The notes under the pieces are model-generated. The model ran no database searches. It was not told the origin of the DNA and saw only the letters and a program-made list of their open reading frames with translations. DNA of 56,759 nt, the filler included, from Dugesia japonica (Eukaryota), in assembly GCA_001938525.1 (NCBI GenBank). It is 5 parts of 5 records of this genome, joined end to end, with 100 filler letters (N's around TTAATTAATTAA, not from the genome) between each part and the next. Parts side by side here need not be neighbours in the genome. Positions count along the whole stretch, not along the records: positions 1 to 10,719 come from MQRL01496685.1; positions 10,820 to 20,440 come from MQRL01469146.1; positions 20,541 to 30,150 come from MQRL01326620.1; 2 more parts are not named here. The stretch is one strand, 5' to 3'. Each line of letters begins with the position of its first letter. Within the stretch, counting starts at the first letter, position 1. A program made the translations under genes and the position numbers. Shown here piece by piece: positions 9,413 to 20,720 of the stretch.

Positions 9413-9696
9413 AATGCTTTTTTCATATTAATAAATAAATTATCATAATTTTTAACACCAGAATTATTTTTAATGGTATTTAAATTTTTCATTGACTCTT
9501 TTTTTTCAAATCGATCAATTGAGGAAATAAAACTGCCATGTGAATTTCTTTGCAAATTTCTGGATGGATTTCACGATCTGGTATTGTATTCAATTTCCCA
9601 TTTTTTCAAATATTTTTTTACCGTTTTTTCATTAATGTTATTAGCTTTACAAAAAGCACTTATTGAATTATTTTTAAAATTATAATCATTTAACAT
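9406..9696 (-). pseudogene. Small HTH-like protein with an in-frame TGA
   Basis: MLNDYNFKNNSISAFCKANNINEKTVKKYLKKWEIEYNTRS*NPSRNLQRNSHGSF...MKKALQ*. HTH-like pattern; TGA at 9571-9573, then the frame stays open for 54 codons. Confidence 0.5.
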
Positions 9697-9723
9697 TTTA
9701 TAAAATACTGAATTTGCATCCAT

Positions 9724-10332
9724 TTATTTATGTTTTAATTTGGCATATGCTCTATCAATTCCAGTTAATTCTTTTTTGGCTTGTATTCGAGTATATTTAT
9801 TTTGTGATAAATCATTCATATTTAAATTCTTAGTTAAATTATTAAAAAGTTTTGCAGTTAAATATGGATTTTTATTTTTTGGATTAATATGGCATACTAT
9901 GTCAATATCATCAATTATTACTGGTTTTGTTTGTTCACCCAATCTTAATAAAGCTTGATTATGTTCATCTCGTTCTCTTTGTAAAATTTCTTGACATCTT
10001 TGAAGAGATTTTTTTAATTCATTATTTTGTTCTGCATATAATTGAAGTAATAAACCTCTACTATCACTTTCAGTATATTTTGTAACAAGAACAGTCATTA
10101 TTTTTTTAAACATTTTATTATTCTCTTCTGGTAAGTCTAAATCCTCTAATTTTTTATATAATGCTTCAATATAATTTAAATAAGATTCTGCAATTTCTTT
10201 TGTTAAACTATTATTTAAATATTCTTTTATTTCTGATAAATTAATCTCTTCTATATTATCAAAATTTTTTATTGAATTTATTACTGTAACTAATGTTAAC
10301 TCACTAACAACTTTTTCTTTATCGGCACTCAT
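9724..10332 (-). CDS. Viral hypothetical coiled-coil protein
   Basis: 202-aa ORF preceded by CCCTATAGAAAATG. Confidence 0.7.
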   Translation of the reverse strand: MSADKEKVVSELTLVTVINSIKNFDNIEEINLSEIKEYLNNSLTKEIAESYLNYIEALYKKLEDLDLPEENNKMFKKIMTVLVTKYTESDSRGLLLQLYAEQNNELKKSLQRCQEILQRERDEHNQALLRLGEQTKPVIIDDIDIVCHINPKNKNPYLTAKLFNNLTKNLNMNDLSQNKYTRIQAKKELTGIDRAYAKLKHK

Positions 10333-10371
10333 TTTCTATAGGGAAAATTTAAGAAATTTTATTTTTCATGA

Positions 10372-10472
10372 TTTCAGAATTTTTATTTTTATTTTCAGAT
10401 TATTTTTTATTTTCAGATTATTTTTTATTTTTATTTTTATTTCAGATTATTTTTTATTTTCAGATTATTTTC
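10372..10472 (+). repeat. TTCAGATTATTTTTTATT-like tandem repeats
   Basis: About five TTCAGA(A/T)T units separated by T-tracts. Confidence 0.75.
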
Positions 10473-10719
10473 ACCGGATAGGATTTTGTTATCTGGATTA
10501 TTACTTTTAAAACGGGGGGGGGTCAAAATGCTGTTTTTTTAATTTATGATTTATTTTTAGTTTTTCTTTGTTTTTTAAAGTAATTTAATGTAGTATGGTG
10601 TTATTGGGTATGTAAAATGTGAAATGTATAAAATATGGGTAGGGTACGGTAAATAAAATTAATATTTAATTTAATTTTATTTTTTGGTTTTTTAATTATT
10701 TTTAATTATTTCTTGATTT

Positions 10720-10819
10720 NNNNNNNNNNNNNNNNNNNNNNNNNNNNNNNNNNNNNNNNNNNNTTAATTAATTAANNNNNNNNNNNNNNNNNNNNNNNNN
10801 NNNNNNNNNNNNNNNNNNN
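10720..10819. other. Artificial 100-nt contig spacer (44N-TTAATTAATTAA-44N); identical spacers at 20441-20540, 30151-30250, 39169-39268
   Basis: Same length and six-frame-stop core four times. Confidence 0.97.
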
Positions 10820-10920
10820 TTAAATATTGAAATTTGAAATTTGTTTTAATAATATAAATTGACTAAATCTAATTATTATTTTAATTTTCGGAATAAATTT
10901 TTGTAACATAAATATTCCAA

Positions 10921-13900
10921 ATGGGAAGTTTATTTAGAAGTGAGGAAATGACACTTTGTCAGTTATTTTTGCATACTGACTCTGCCTATTCTTGTATTTC
11001 TCAGTTGGGCGAACTGGGGGCTATGGAATTCATTGATGTAAATTTTAAAATTCTTCAATCATTTTATATGCATTTTTTCAGACAATTCCAGAGACTAACG
11101 CTTTTCAAAGAAAATTTGTAAATGAAGTTAGGCGTTGTGATGAAATGGAACGCAAACTAAGTTACCAATTAACATTAATTATTTTTTTTAAATAGTTCTT
11201 CAGGATATCTAGAAAAAGAAATTAACTTGGATGTAATTCCGATTCTGGATACAGGAGATAACCCACCAGCCCCTGAGCCCCGAGAAATAATTGATTTAGA
11301 AACTAATTTAGAGGGCATAGAAGAAGATTTAAAAGAAATAAATCATAATTATGAACAATTGAGAAAAAATTATTTTGAACTTATAGAACTTCACTACTTA
11401 TTGCAAAAAACAAAAGTGTTTTTTGAGGGGGTTAGATTTATATTGCTTTTAGTAAATCCAAATTTTTGTGCTTTGGTGTTTTTATAGGGTGTTGAATCCC
11501 GATTATTACAAGATCACGATCCTAATAGCGATGATAAAGAATCTGTCATGGTTGAAAATTCTAATATGAGGTGATTTTAATAATTTTAATTTCCTCAAAA
11601 TGATTATCCCCTATTATAATAAATAATAATTATTGTAACTACATCTTATACAGGATTCTGATTCATTAATGATATCAGTTGGTTCTGTCACTGAAAATAC
11701 GGAAATTTATAAAATGGAAGATAGATTACTTGAACATAGATTAGTAGATACAAATAAGGACAATTATAAAGTAGAGTGAGTTATCTTTATCTCAAAATGA
11801 AGTTTGAATTAAAAATTTTATTTTGTGTTAATTAATAATTTTCTATATTTGAATCAACATTTGAAGTTTTTTGAGATAATTTTAAAATAGTGATAATTAA
11901 AAATACGAGTTCTAACAAAATAAAATTATGTAATGCCAATTATGATATGGGTTTCCATTGGCAATATTGTGTAATAATTGTGCTAAGAAAGCGCAAATAT
12001 ATTTTTGTAAAATTTTATGATATTTTTTAATAATGCAGATTCATATCTGGAGTTATTCTAAGAGAAAAGATCCCAGGATTTGAACGAATGCTTTGGAGAG
12101 TCTGTCGTGGAAACGTTCTTATTAAGTTCAATGAAATTGAAGTAGACCTTGAAGATTTAACAACAGTTTATTAATTTTGTAATTGGTATAATTAAATATA
12201 AATTTTAGACAAATAAAAAAGTTAAAAAATCAGTTTTCGTGGTGTTTTTTCAAGGTGAACAGTTACATCTTCGCGTGAAAAGGATATGTGAAGCGTAATA
12301 TATTAAATGTTTTTTCGTATTTATTAAAACACCAAATAGGTATCATGCAACGATTTATCCTTGTACAGACAACCCAAATGAAAGTAAAGACATGATTCGA
12401 AATGTTATGACTCGAATGGAAGAATTAAAGAAAGTAATTGATCAAACTGAAAGTCACCGGCATAATGTTTTGATAACAGCTGCAAAACATATTAGAATAT
12501 GGTTCATTAAAATTCGTAAAATCAAAGCAATTTATCATATTCTTAACCTCTTCAATGTTAATGTGACAGATAAATGTATGATTGGAGAATGTTGGTGTCC
12601 AGTTAATGATATTGAAGCCATTTATGCTGCACTTCGTCTTGGAATGGAGAAAAGTAACGGAACAATTCAACCTATTTTAAACCGATTAGGGGATAATGTC
12701 AAAAAGTCTTTTCCACCAACATTTAATCGAGTAAATAAGTTCACATCTGCATTCCAAAACATTGTTGACGCATATGGAGTTGCTAATTATAGAGAAGTGA
12801 ACCCAGCACCATACACTGTGATAACTTTTCCATTTCTATTTGCTATAATGTTTGGGGATTGCGGCCATGGGTTGATTATGTTTTTATTTGCTTTAATAAT
12901 CATCCTAAGAGAAAGAAGTCTACTTAAACAAAAATCTGATAACGAGATTTGGAATATATTTTTCGGGGGTCGCTATATAATTTTGTTAATGGGTATTTTC
13001 TCAATATATACCGGATTGATTTACAATGACGTCTTTTCTAAATCTTTTAATATTTTCGGTACAAATTGGTATCCTGGAAACTATTCATTATCTGATATTG
13101 ATTCAAGTCCCGAATTACAGCTTAATCCAGGTAATTCAACTGTTTTTCTCGACCACCCATATCCATTTGGAATTGATCCAATCTGGCAACTGGCAAAAAA
13201 CAAAATCACATTTACAAACTCTTTGAAAATGAAAATGAGTATCATTTTTGGAATTTTTCAAATGATGTTTGGTGTAATATTGAGTCTGATTAATCAATGG
13301 TAAAAACATATTGATTTAATTATATTGATTTGAAAATTTAAATTTTTTTAGCTATTTCAAAGATTATCTTAGTATTCTCACTGAATTTATTCCACAAGTT
13401 TTATTTCTACTAGCGATTTTCGGATACTTGGTCGTTGAGATTTTCATAAAATGGGTTACATATACAGCAACTATGTCACACTGTGCACCATCACTTCTAA
13501 TTGGTCTTATCAATATGTTTATGTTCACGAAATCTGATGAAACCACTATCCCATGTTCAAATAGACCATTATTTAATGTAAGTTTTTCTATGATCATTTC
13601 TTCATATGCATTCATTCATTTAATTAAACTTTTCATATTATTAATAATGTTTGATAACTCAATAGGGTTTTGGAGTTTAAGGTGGAATTTTANNNNNNNN
13701 NNNNNNNNNNNNNNNNNTACCTTCGGCAGAAATTTAATTAATAATAATGCTTAATACAACAAATAATATCATTCAATATTCAAATTTATTGTTGATCATT
13801 TTCTGAGGTTGAGATATTTTTTCTAAATAATTTCTAGTTTAAAACGAATATTTTCCATAGCAATGAATTACTAGATTTTGTGCAGAAATTCAGGAATTAT

Positions 13901-14956
13901 AATTCAAAAAAGATAGTCCGAGCTAAATAAGTCAGTGTTTTTTGTTCAGGGATACAAATATTTAGTTTGCGTTTTGTAATTGGTGAAATAAGGAATATAC
14001 AGCAGGAATACAAACTGTTGTTTCCTTGGTATTTCCGGTTTAAAAAATGTTAAAATATGGAGCCGTAATAGAATTTCCGCTCATCTATAATGCAATATTA
14101 CATAAAAATTTATATAAAATATGGAAACATCAATAATTATTATTTTGATATTTTATTTTAGTCGCAATTTGAAGTTCAAAGCGCGCTTGTTGTTATCGCT
14201 GTGATTTGTATTCCGTGGATGCTAATTATCAAACCAGTGGTTTTAATGGTATCGCATTCGAAAAAACACAAAGTAATTCTTTTGAGTGAATAATTAGTTT
14301 TACAGGAATTATTTTTTTACAGAAAAGATCACAATCCACTTTATTATTAGATCCTGGTCATATAAATGACGGTGCTGATATTGATCATTCATTAAAGAAT
14401 CCNNNNNNNNNNNNNNNNNNNNNNNNNNNNNNNNNNNNNNNNNNNNNNNNNNNNNNNNNNNNNNNNNNNNNNNNNNNNNNNNNNNNNNNNNNNNNNNNNT
14501 TACCATATAAAATATTTAGTTCGAAATGGGTGAAGTCTTTGTTCATCAATGTATTCATACAATTGAATATTGTCTTGGTTGCATTTCAAATACAGCATCT
14601 TACTTACGATTATGGGCTCTTAGTTTGGCTCATGCCCGTTAGTTATATTATTGTAATTTGTTGAATTAGTATAATTCTGTTTGTTTTTAGAGTTGTCTGA
14701 AGTTTTATGGCAAATGGTACTCAGTATTGGACTTAAACAAAGCAGCTTAGGTGGATCAATAATTTTGTTTTTTGTATTCGCAGCTTGGGCGGTATTAACA
14801 ATTGCGGTACTTTTATTAATGGAAGGATTATCGGCATTTTTACATGCTCTTCGTTTACATTGGGTTGAATTCCAAAACAAATTTTACAAAGGTGAAGGTT
14901 ACAAATTCAATCCGTTCAATTTCAAGGGTGTCGATGATTTAAGTTTAGATATATAA
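10921..14956 (+). CDS. ATP6V0A: V-type proton ATPase 116-kDa subunit a (multi-exon host gene)
   Basis: [59 protein letters not shown]...[20 protein letters not shown] (essential Arg), [23 protein letters not shown] introns at 11038-11081, 11161-11203, 11431-11487, 11571-12038, 12166-12208, 12295-12339, 13300-13351, 13578-14161 and 14638-14690; exons near the 14.4-kb gap are uncertain. Confidence 0.97.
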
Positions 14957-15634
14957 TTGGAAAATACATTTTGCTATGATATTTAATATATCAAAACTTT
15001 TGTTTTAATTTCTAGCGGTTACTGATGTTGATTTTTAACTTTTTGATATAACTTTTTTAAAATAAAAAAAAAATTATTTAGTTGGGTTTGATATTTTGTT
15101 ATTTATTTGGTTTTTGATATTTGAGTTTTTTTTATTTAGTTTAACTCAAAGTCTCGGAGCATACATGCAAAAAAAATTTAAAACCACACAATGGTTCCCC
15201 ACAAAAATTAGTTGGAACCCATGGTCTAGTAAATTTAGTCATTTTAGTATTTGTTACTTTATACTTAATTAAAAAGTATAAATGTTATTAAAATTAAAAA
15301 TATGCATTTTTACACCTAAATAAATGCATTTGCCATAAATAAGACCAATTACGGCCTACAATTCTATGCCAATGGACACATAGTCTATCTGTTTCATAAA
15401 TTCTTTATCCTGATCTCATGTAACATTGTTCCGGGTTATGCATCACTGTTTTAAATAGTAGTTTGAGATCATTTCATGATGGGTTGAATGTATTTTTCAG
15501 GTAAAATAGGGATGATAGAAAACAAATCTGACGCAAGTTATAATAAAATATAAAGAGAAATCGATAAATTATTAAAAAAAAGTAATTAAAAAAAACAAGT
15601 ATCTAAAAGGAACCACGAAGTTTCGAAATCGTAA

Positions 15635-15955
15635 TGTTAGGGTTCCATCTGTGGTGGCGATAGAAAAAGGTTGCTGGGAGAAAATCAGCCGTCAGTGGAC
15701 CCCGTCAAAAATTTACCTAATGTCCCTGATTAGACTTTCAGTGTTGAGCCGTTGACTCTCAACCAGTAGTTAGAGCTCAGATTCCCACACCTTTAATTCG
15801 GGTTCATAGTTCACTTAAGTTGTAGAAGTACAAATACGAAGTCAAACTATGTACACAGAAAATATATTTTACAAAATGTCAAAAGCTTCAAAGTCTAACC
15901 ACTCGGCAGGCGCGTCGTCCTTAAAATTGAACGCAGACTCGTTGTCATCATCAAA
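15635..15955 (-). mobile_element. 3' remnant of an unknown element: ORF C-terminus plus possible LTR-like end
   Basis: 15869-15955 reads FDDDNESAFNFKDDAPAEWLDFEAFDIL*, homologous to the end of ORF 16387. The GC-richer tract ends ...CCCTAACA on the minus strand. Confidence 0.45.
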
Positions 15956-16386
15956 AGAATTATATAGTGGAAAACAACCTCTCAAAAGTGACCACCTCCA
16001 CATGGTGACTACCCTATTTTGGTGACCACCTCTATAAATTGACCACTTCTAAAAGTATAATGAAATACTTAAAGTTTAGCTTCAAAATTCTTTAAAATAA
16101 TTAATAAAAAGTGACAACTGTTAAAATAAATTCCGGTATATTAAAAAAGTTTTATTATTTTTTTAATAGAAAATAATAGAAAAATTTATTTTGTGTAAAT
16201 AAGATAGAGTTAGAAGAAATTTTAAAAAGTGAATTATGGGAAATTGAATGAAACACAGAAAAAAAATGCTTTCAAAACTCATAAAGAAAGGCGCATCTCA
16301 AAGAAAATTGGCAACGGAATATTGCTTCACTAAAACAGCAATTCAAAAGGTATGGGCCGAAAAAGATTTGATTATTTCCAGTGTTG

Positions 16387-16797
16387 TTATAATTCATCCA
16401 AAGCGCCAGGGTCGAGCCACTGGGCTGGGTCAGTTAACAAAAAATTGAACGAAGCTGTATCGTCGTTGTCGTCCCATTGCACCCAAGTGGGGTTGCCAAG
16501 TTGGCGAGAGAGGTCAAAAATATATTGCTTTAAGAAGTCGATTTTCCTTTGCAAGGATTGTTTAATTTCTTCTTTGAGGGTTTTTGTTTGGACAGCTAGC
16601 TTGCTTTGTTTTTTAACTATTATATCAAGTTTCTTTATCAGTTTATCTCGTTGAATGAGATGCTTTAAAAGTGCCCTGCCTGTTTTCCGTTTAAGGTGCC
16701 TTTCTACTAAGAGACGGCGCATTATTCTGTGAAAACGTCGAATACTATTCGGAAAGATAATGTGAGGCACTGAAAGAAAATTATTAATGATATTCAT
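16387..16797 (-). CDS. Orphan basic/coiled-coil protein with acidic-aromatic tail
   Basis: 136-aa ATG-initiated ORF. C-terminal motif conserved at protein level in the 15869-15955 copy. Confidence 0.6.
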   Translation of the reverse strand: MNIINNFLSVPHIIFPNSIRRFHRIMRRLLVERHLKRKTGRALLKHLIQRDKLIKKLDIIVKKQSKLAVQTKTLKEEIKQSLQRKIDFLKQYIFDLSRQLGNPTWVQWDDNDDTASFNFLLTDPAQWLDPGALDEL

Positions 16798-16838
16798 ATC
16801 TCATTTATGAGAAAACTAAATGTAAAGACGGAAATAGT

Positions 16839-17246
16839 TCAGACGAAATTAAACACAATAGAAAAATATATTAAATTGAAGTAAAACACGGGTTTACGGA
16901 CGAGAGATCTGGGCCCCTTTATCAGCGGTGTTAAGGGCATGGCTTTCCTCAAGTTCATAATATCTCCCACCAGTTTATTCTCACGGTCTTGGTTGAACTG
17001 GATAATATCGGTAAGGGACTCTAACTGTGCCTTCCAAACTCGTTCTAGTTGATGTGACGCCTCGGCTTCCGCTTTGAAAGCCAGGCATTTCCTTTTGTAA
17101 CGCTGAACTTTGGCAGCTGCGGTTGCTACATCCTCCTCCCAGCCCCGTTTGGCCAACTTATATAGGTCCCAAGTAATCTCGGTGTCATCATTAGAAGCCC
17201 TTACTTTCTTGGTCGGGGCCGCAACACGATTCAATGAGGAGTGCAC
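16839..17246 (-). CDS. Orphan coiled-coil ORF/exon
   Basis: 135-codon frame, GC-richer than the host, starting at an acceptor-like TTTATTCTAG. The hydrophobic AT-rich tail is probably non-coding read-through. Confidence 0.45.
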   Translation of the reverse strand: MHSSLNRVAAPTKKVRASNDDTEITWDLYKLAKRGWEEDVATAAAKVQRYKRKCLAFKAEAEASHQLERVWKAQLESLTDIIQFNQDRENKLVGDIMNLRKAMPLTPLIKGPRSLVRKPVFYFNLIYFSIVFNFV

Positions 17247-20200
17247 TAGAATAAACGAGATTGATCAAACATGATATAAAGATTTGGTGAATAACATCAA
17301 CCACTTACATCTATTGTTACTCGGTGGACATTTTATCTATCGTTAAGGTTAATTTTAATAAAAGGAAAATTTACGTGACAAAAGATTTGGTTAAAAATCC
17401 GGAACAATTATATATTTTATTTTAACACACCAAAAAAAATAAATCACTAATGAGTAGGTGCTGAATCAGCCACGGGTGCGGTATTCTCAGAATCTTCGCT
17501 ACCCGAGGGTTCTCTTACACCCCATAATAAATTGTTAATAAAGGCCTGCATCGCTGGGGGTAGGGCGGAAGGTTGATAGTGGAATGACGTGGCAAGGGTT
17601 TGGTCATGCCCCGTTCAGATCTGATAACTTTGTCGCTTACCAAAGTCTTGGATCCTGGCGACCATGGCCTCTACCAGAGGTAAGTTAGACCGATCGGATA
17701 AAATACCGGCATCCCGACGATGAGGGTTTCTATGTCGTCGGAAAATGATGCGACGAGTCCTGCGGTCAATCACTCTTTCCCATATTGATTCCATTCTGGA
17801 ACATAAAATTTAATTTATCATAACAGACCAGTACATTAATTAGTAAACTGAACAGATAAAAATAAGAAATAAAGATTTAAATTGGACATTTAATCAGGCA
17901 TAAAAAATTTTATATTTCAATGAAATTAGTTGTACTCTCGCAGAGACCTTCCGTTCTCATCTATATCAATTTTCGCAGTCGACGGAAACATCTCGGTGAA
18001 GCAAATCAAAACCGTTTCGTCAGGATGCCTAATTAGACTGGGAGCTATGAGATGCCCGATTAATTGCCTTTTGCGTGATTGTTCGCGCTCTCGTTGAATA
18101 AATTGAAGAGTCGATAGGAGTATATTCGACATGGAGTATCTGAAACTGATACACAATTATTATACCATTAGCAAAAAAAATTAGTTATTCCACAGGTTTT
18201 TATTGTTCACCGGTAAAAGAAACACTCGCAACTTTACTATAATTGAGTATGACAAGAACTAATTCACTTCTGAGAGTGCTTGAGAACCTGAACATAATAG
18301 TCAAGGTAAATAACAGGGTTAGTCGCGAATAGCACTATTTCCTTTTTCTTATAAATTGGGTAAGATTTGCGTCCACAGGATTTGGTTAATAATGCTAGTC
18401 AGTAGTTTCAGTGGTGACGATATGACTTTTAATATCCCTAATAGTGAATGTTTAACCATCAATTATTGCACTAATAATAAACCCATTTATTATTATTTTA
18501 ATAATTATACGGAGGTTATGATATCCACATATGATTATATATCCTTATTATAATGTTATTTGAATGTTATTAACTGTTGTTAGTTATAATTAGAATCTTA
18601 TTTATTCTTATCCCCCTGATTTTAGCTGTTAAAAACCATGATAAATATTCGGTCATATAATGTATTTTTAATTGTGATTGAATTTGGGCGTTATGGGTAA
18701 CCTAGCACCACGAAGGTCACATCAGGTCTGTAGTAATAACCCNGCTGGCGTGTAAAAAAGAAAATAATATCTGTAGGTGTGCAGAATAATTTTATTTTAT
18801 ATCGACTAATTTAACACCATCACTAGTAGTGGTTTTCTTGTTACCTCATTTACATACTACGGCAACTTAATTCACTGTCGATGTTAGTTGGTCATTGTAT
18901 ACACGGAAAATTGCATAACTAACATGCGGATATTCCGTTGATATTATCTTTAACAAATCGACTCAATTTTGTGCAAATCACGTAAGTAAATAATTAATCA
19001 GTTGACTTTATCCACCAAAATATTTTTATTGTTAATAATAGTAATATAAAAATAATAAAAAAAATATTAAAATTTAAAAATTTCATTAAATCATCGCAAT
19101 AATTATATTATTGTCTTATAGCATAACAGATTACCCACTGGTAAATGATTCTGAAAGAATTTCTGCAACGCTTGCTATAAATTATTGGTGAAATAAAGGA
19201 ACAATCTTTTGAATATAGGTAATGGTTGTCGTACTTCTGCTGTTACGAAAAATTGAAGCTAATTTATGATCAAAATAATATAATTACTTTGTAGCTTGGC
19301 AGCAAATTGATCTATGGGAAATAACTAATCACGTCTTTTTTCAATAAATTATAATGGTGGTAGAATAACTGTTCTCGGATAATCGTCGACTTCGCAGTTT
19401 TTTTTGTAGTTGACTTTTCAGTTGTTTGTGGTTTGCAGTTGATTTTTTGTAGTTGAAGTTATAGTTGTAGTTGTTTTTCAATTTGTGTTTTTTCTGCTAA
19501 TTCCATGATTCCTTTTATACAATTTTTCTTCGCACCCCAACTTTTTCCATATTCGCTGGTTATTTTTAATTTGATTTTACTGCTTTCGATTGGTTCTACT
19601 GCCAATTTTCTGAAATTTTTTCAGAGTTTTAGAGTTCCAATTGGCGGCTATTTTTAAATCATCAGGTGAGGTTTAGTGCTTTGTTTTATTTTTTTAATTT
19701 CAGGATGCTATTGGACCAATCTTAGAATCTTCGTGGGAGTCCTCTAGATGGTGGTACCAGTTTCTTGTGTCAAAATTTCAATGACCTGATCCAAATCCTT
19801 CCCGAATTTTCTTCTGCCCANCTCCTGTGTCTTTTGGTTGTAAAGTTATTCGTATAAAACGAGTTTTTTGCTAATTTTGGTTTATTTTATTTCTGAATTA
19901 ATTAATGTTTTTTCTTTTTAAAATAATTATTTTGATTAATGATTTTCTTGTTTTTATTATTGATTTTGTTAATTTTCCGAATTCAATGGATTGGTGTACA
20001 TCATCTTTATTCACCCAATTTTTCTATGGTCATCTTCTGAATTTTTCACCCTTTTAAAGATTTATATGTAGCGTCTGATTTATGATCGGGACTGTTTCTT
20101 TTCCTAACGTGCTCTTGTGTTGCCCTTACTATTCTTCTTTACGAATTGGAGCTTATGTGGTTTTGTTTCATTAACTAGGTGTTTCACCCCAACACTTGCA

Positions 20201-20540
20201 TAATAGTAAGATTAAAAATAAAATTTCGCATTTAGAAATAGAAAATGGGATTATTTGATACGTTTGATGGGCTACGAAGCTGCAATATTTCTTTTTCTGG
20301 TCATATGCTTCAAGCGTTTACATTAAAAATAGCTAAAGGGCTACATTTTTACGATTTTAAGGCTTCTTACGGATGGTTGCAAAAATTTAAACTACGAAAC
20401 GATTTTGTTTTTAGGAAACTAATTAGGGAGTCAGAGTCCGNNNNNNNNNNNNNNNNNNNNNNNNNNNNNNNNNNNNNNNNNNNNTTAATTAATTAANNNN
20501 NNNNNNNNNNNNNNNNNNNNNNNNNNNNNNNNNNNNNNNN

Positions 20541-20720
20541 TCTTGATTCCAAAAAGTAGTAGCAAAGCATGCAACAATATGGAAATTCATAGATTATTTG
20601 AAAAATGACGAGAGATAATAAAATTTTGATTTCGCAACTGCTGGCAGATCATACTAGAATCAGGCATTCAATTAAAATGTAAAAGAAATGGAGATATAGG
20701 TGACTATGTTTTAAGCATAG
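20541..20720 (+). pseudogene. MULE (Mutator-like) transposase C-terminal remnant
   Basis: HATIWKFIDYLKNDE/DNKILISQL resembles the HPNIWKFIxxLKxE motif. Confidence 0.55.

Larger units (their letters stand above)
1..10719. mobile_element. Endogenous Polinton/Maverick-type (adintovirus-like) dsDNA virus, partial
   Basis: Intronless gene-dense block with penton, cysteine protease, A32/FtsK ATPase, rve integrase, parvovirus-type PLA2 and DJR-like major capsid, the Polinton/adintovirus gene set. Runs off the left edge; pPolB and TIRs not seen. Confidence 0.93.
15963..20440 (+). mobile_element. Degenerate Tigger/pogo DNA transposon split by a 3.8-kb insertion
   Basis: 5' end with repeated GTGACCACCTC subterminal motifs. 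HTH_psq-like SQRKLATEYCFTKTAIQKVWAEKD at 16248-16390. CENP-B HTH SGHMLQ...FKASYGWLQKFKLRN...ESES at 20205-20440. Confidence 0.85.

Noticed and set aside
9571-9573. Alternative genetic code suggested by in-frame stops (TGA 9571, TAA 75, TAA ~53931)
   Set aside because: Different codons are involved. Long viral and host genes use TGG for Trp and end normally at TAA, so point mutation is more parsimonious.
10490-10719. Right terminal inverted repeat of the Polinton
   Set aside because: The G-run and repeats are suggestive, but the opposite end is outside the window and no terminal motif or TSD is visible before the spacer.
10764-10775. TTAATTAATTAA palindrome recurring about every 10 kb
   Set aside because: Always centred in 44N+44N; an assembly spacer, not biology. 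Linkage of the virus to the V-ATPase gene therefore cannot be claimed.
16387-16797. Calling the orphan a true bZIP that binds the AP-1 array
   Set aside because: It lacks the N-x7-R/K basic-region signature, the heptad is irregular, and it lies on a different contig.
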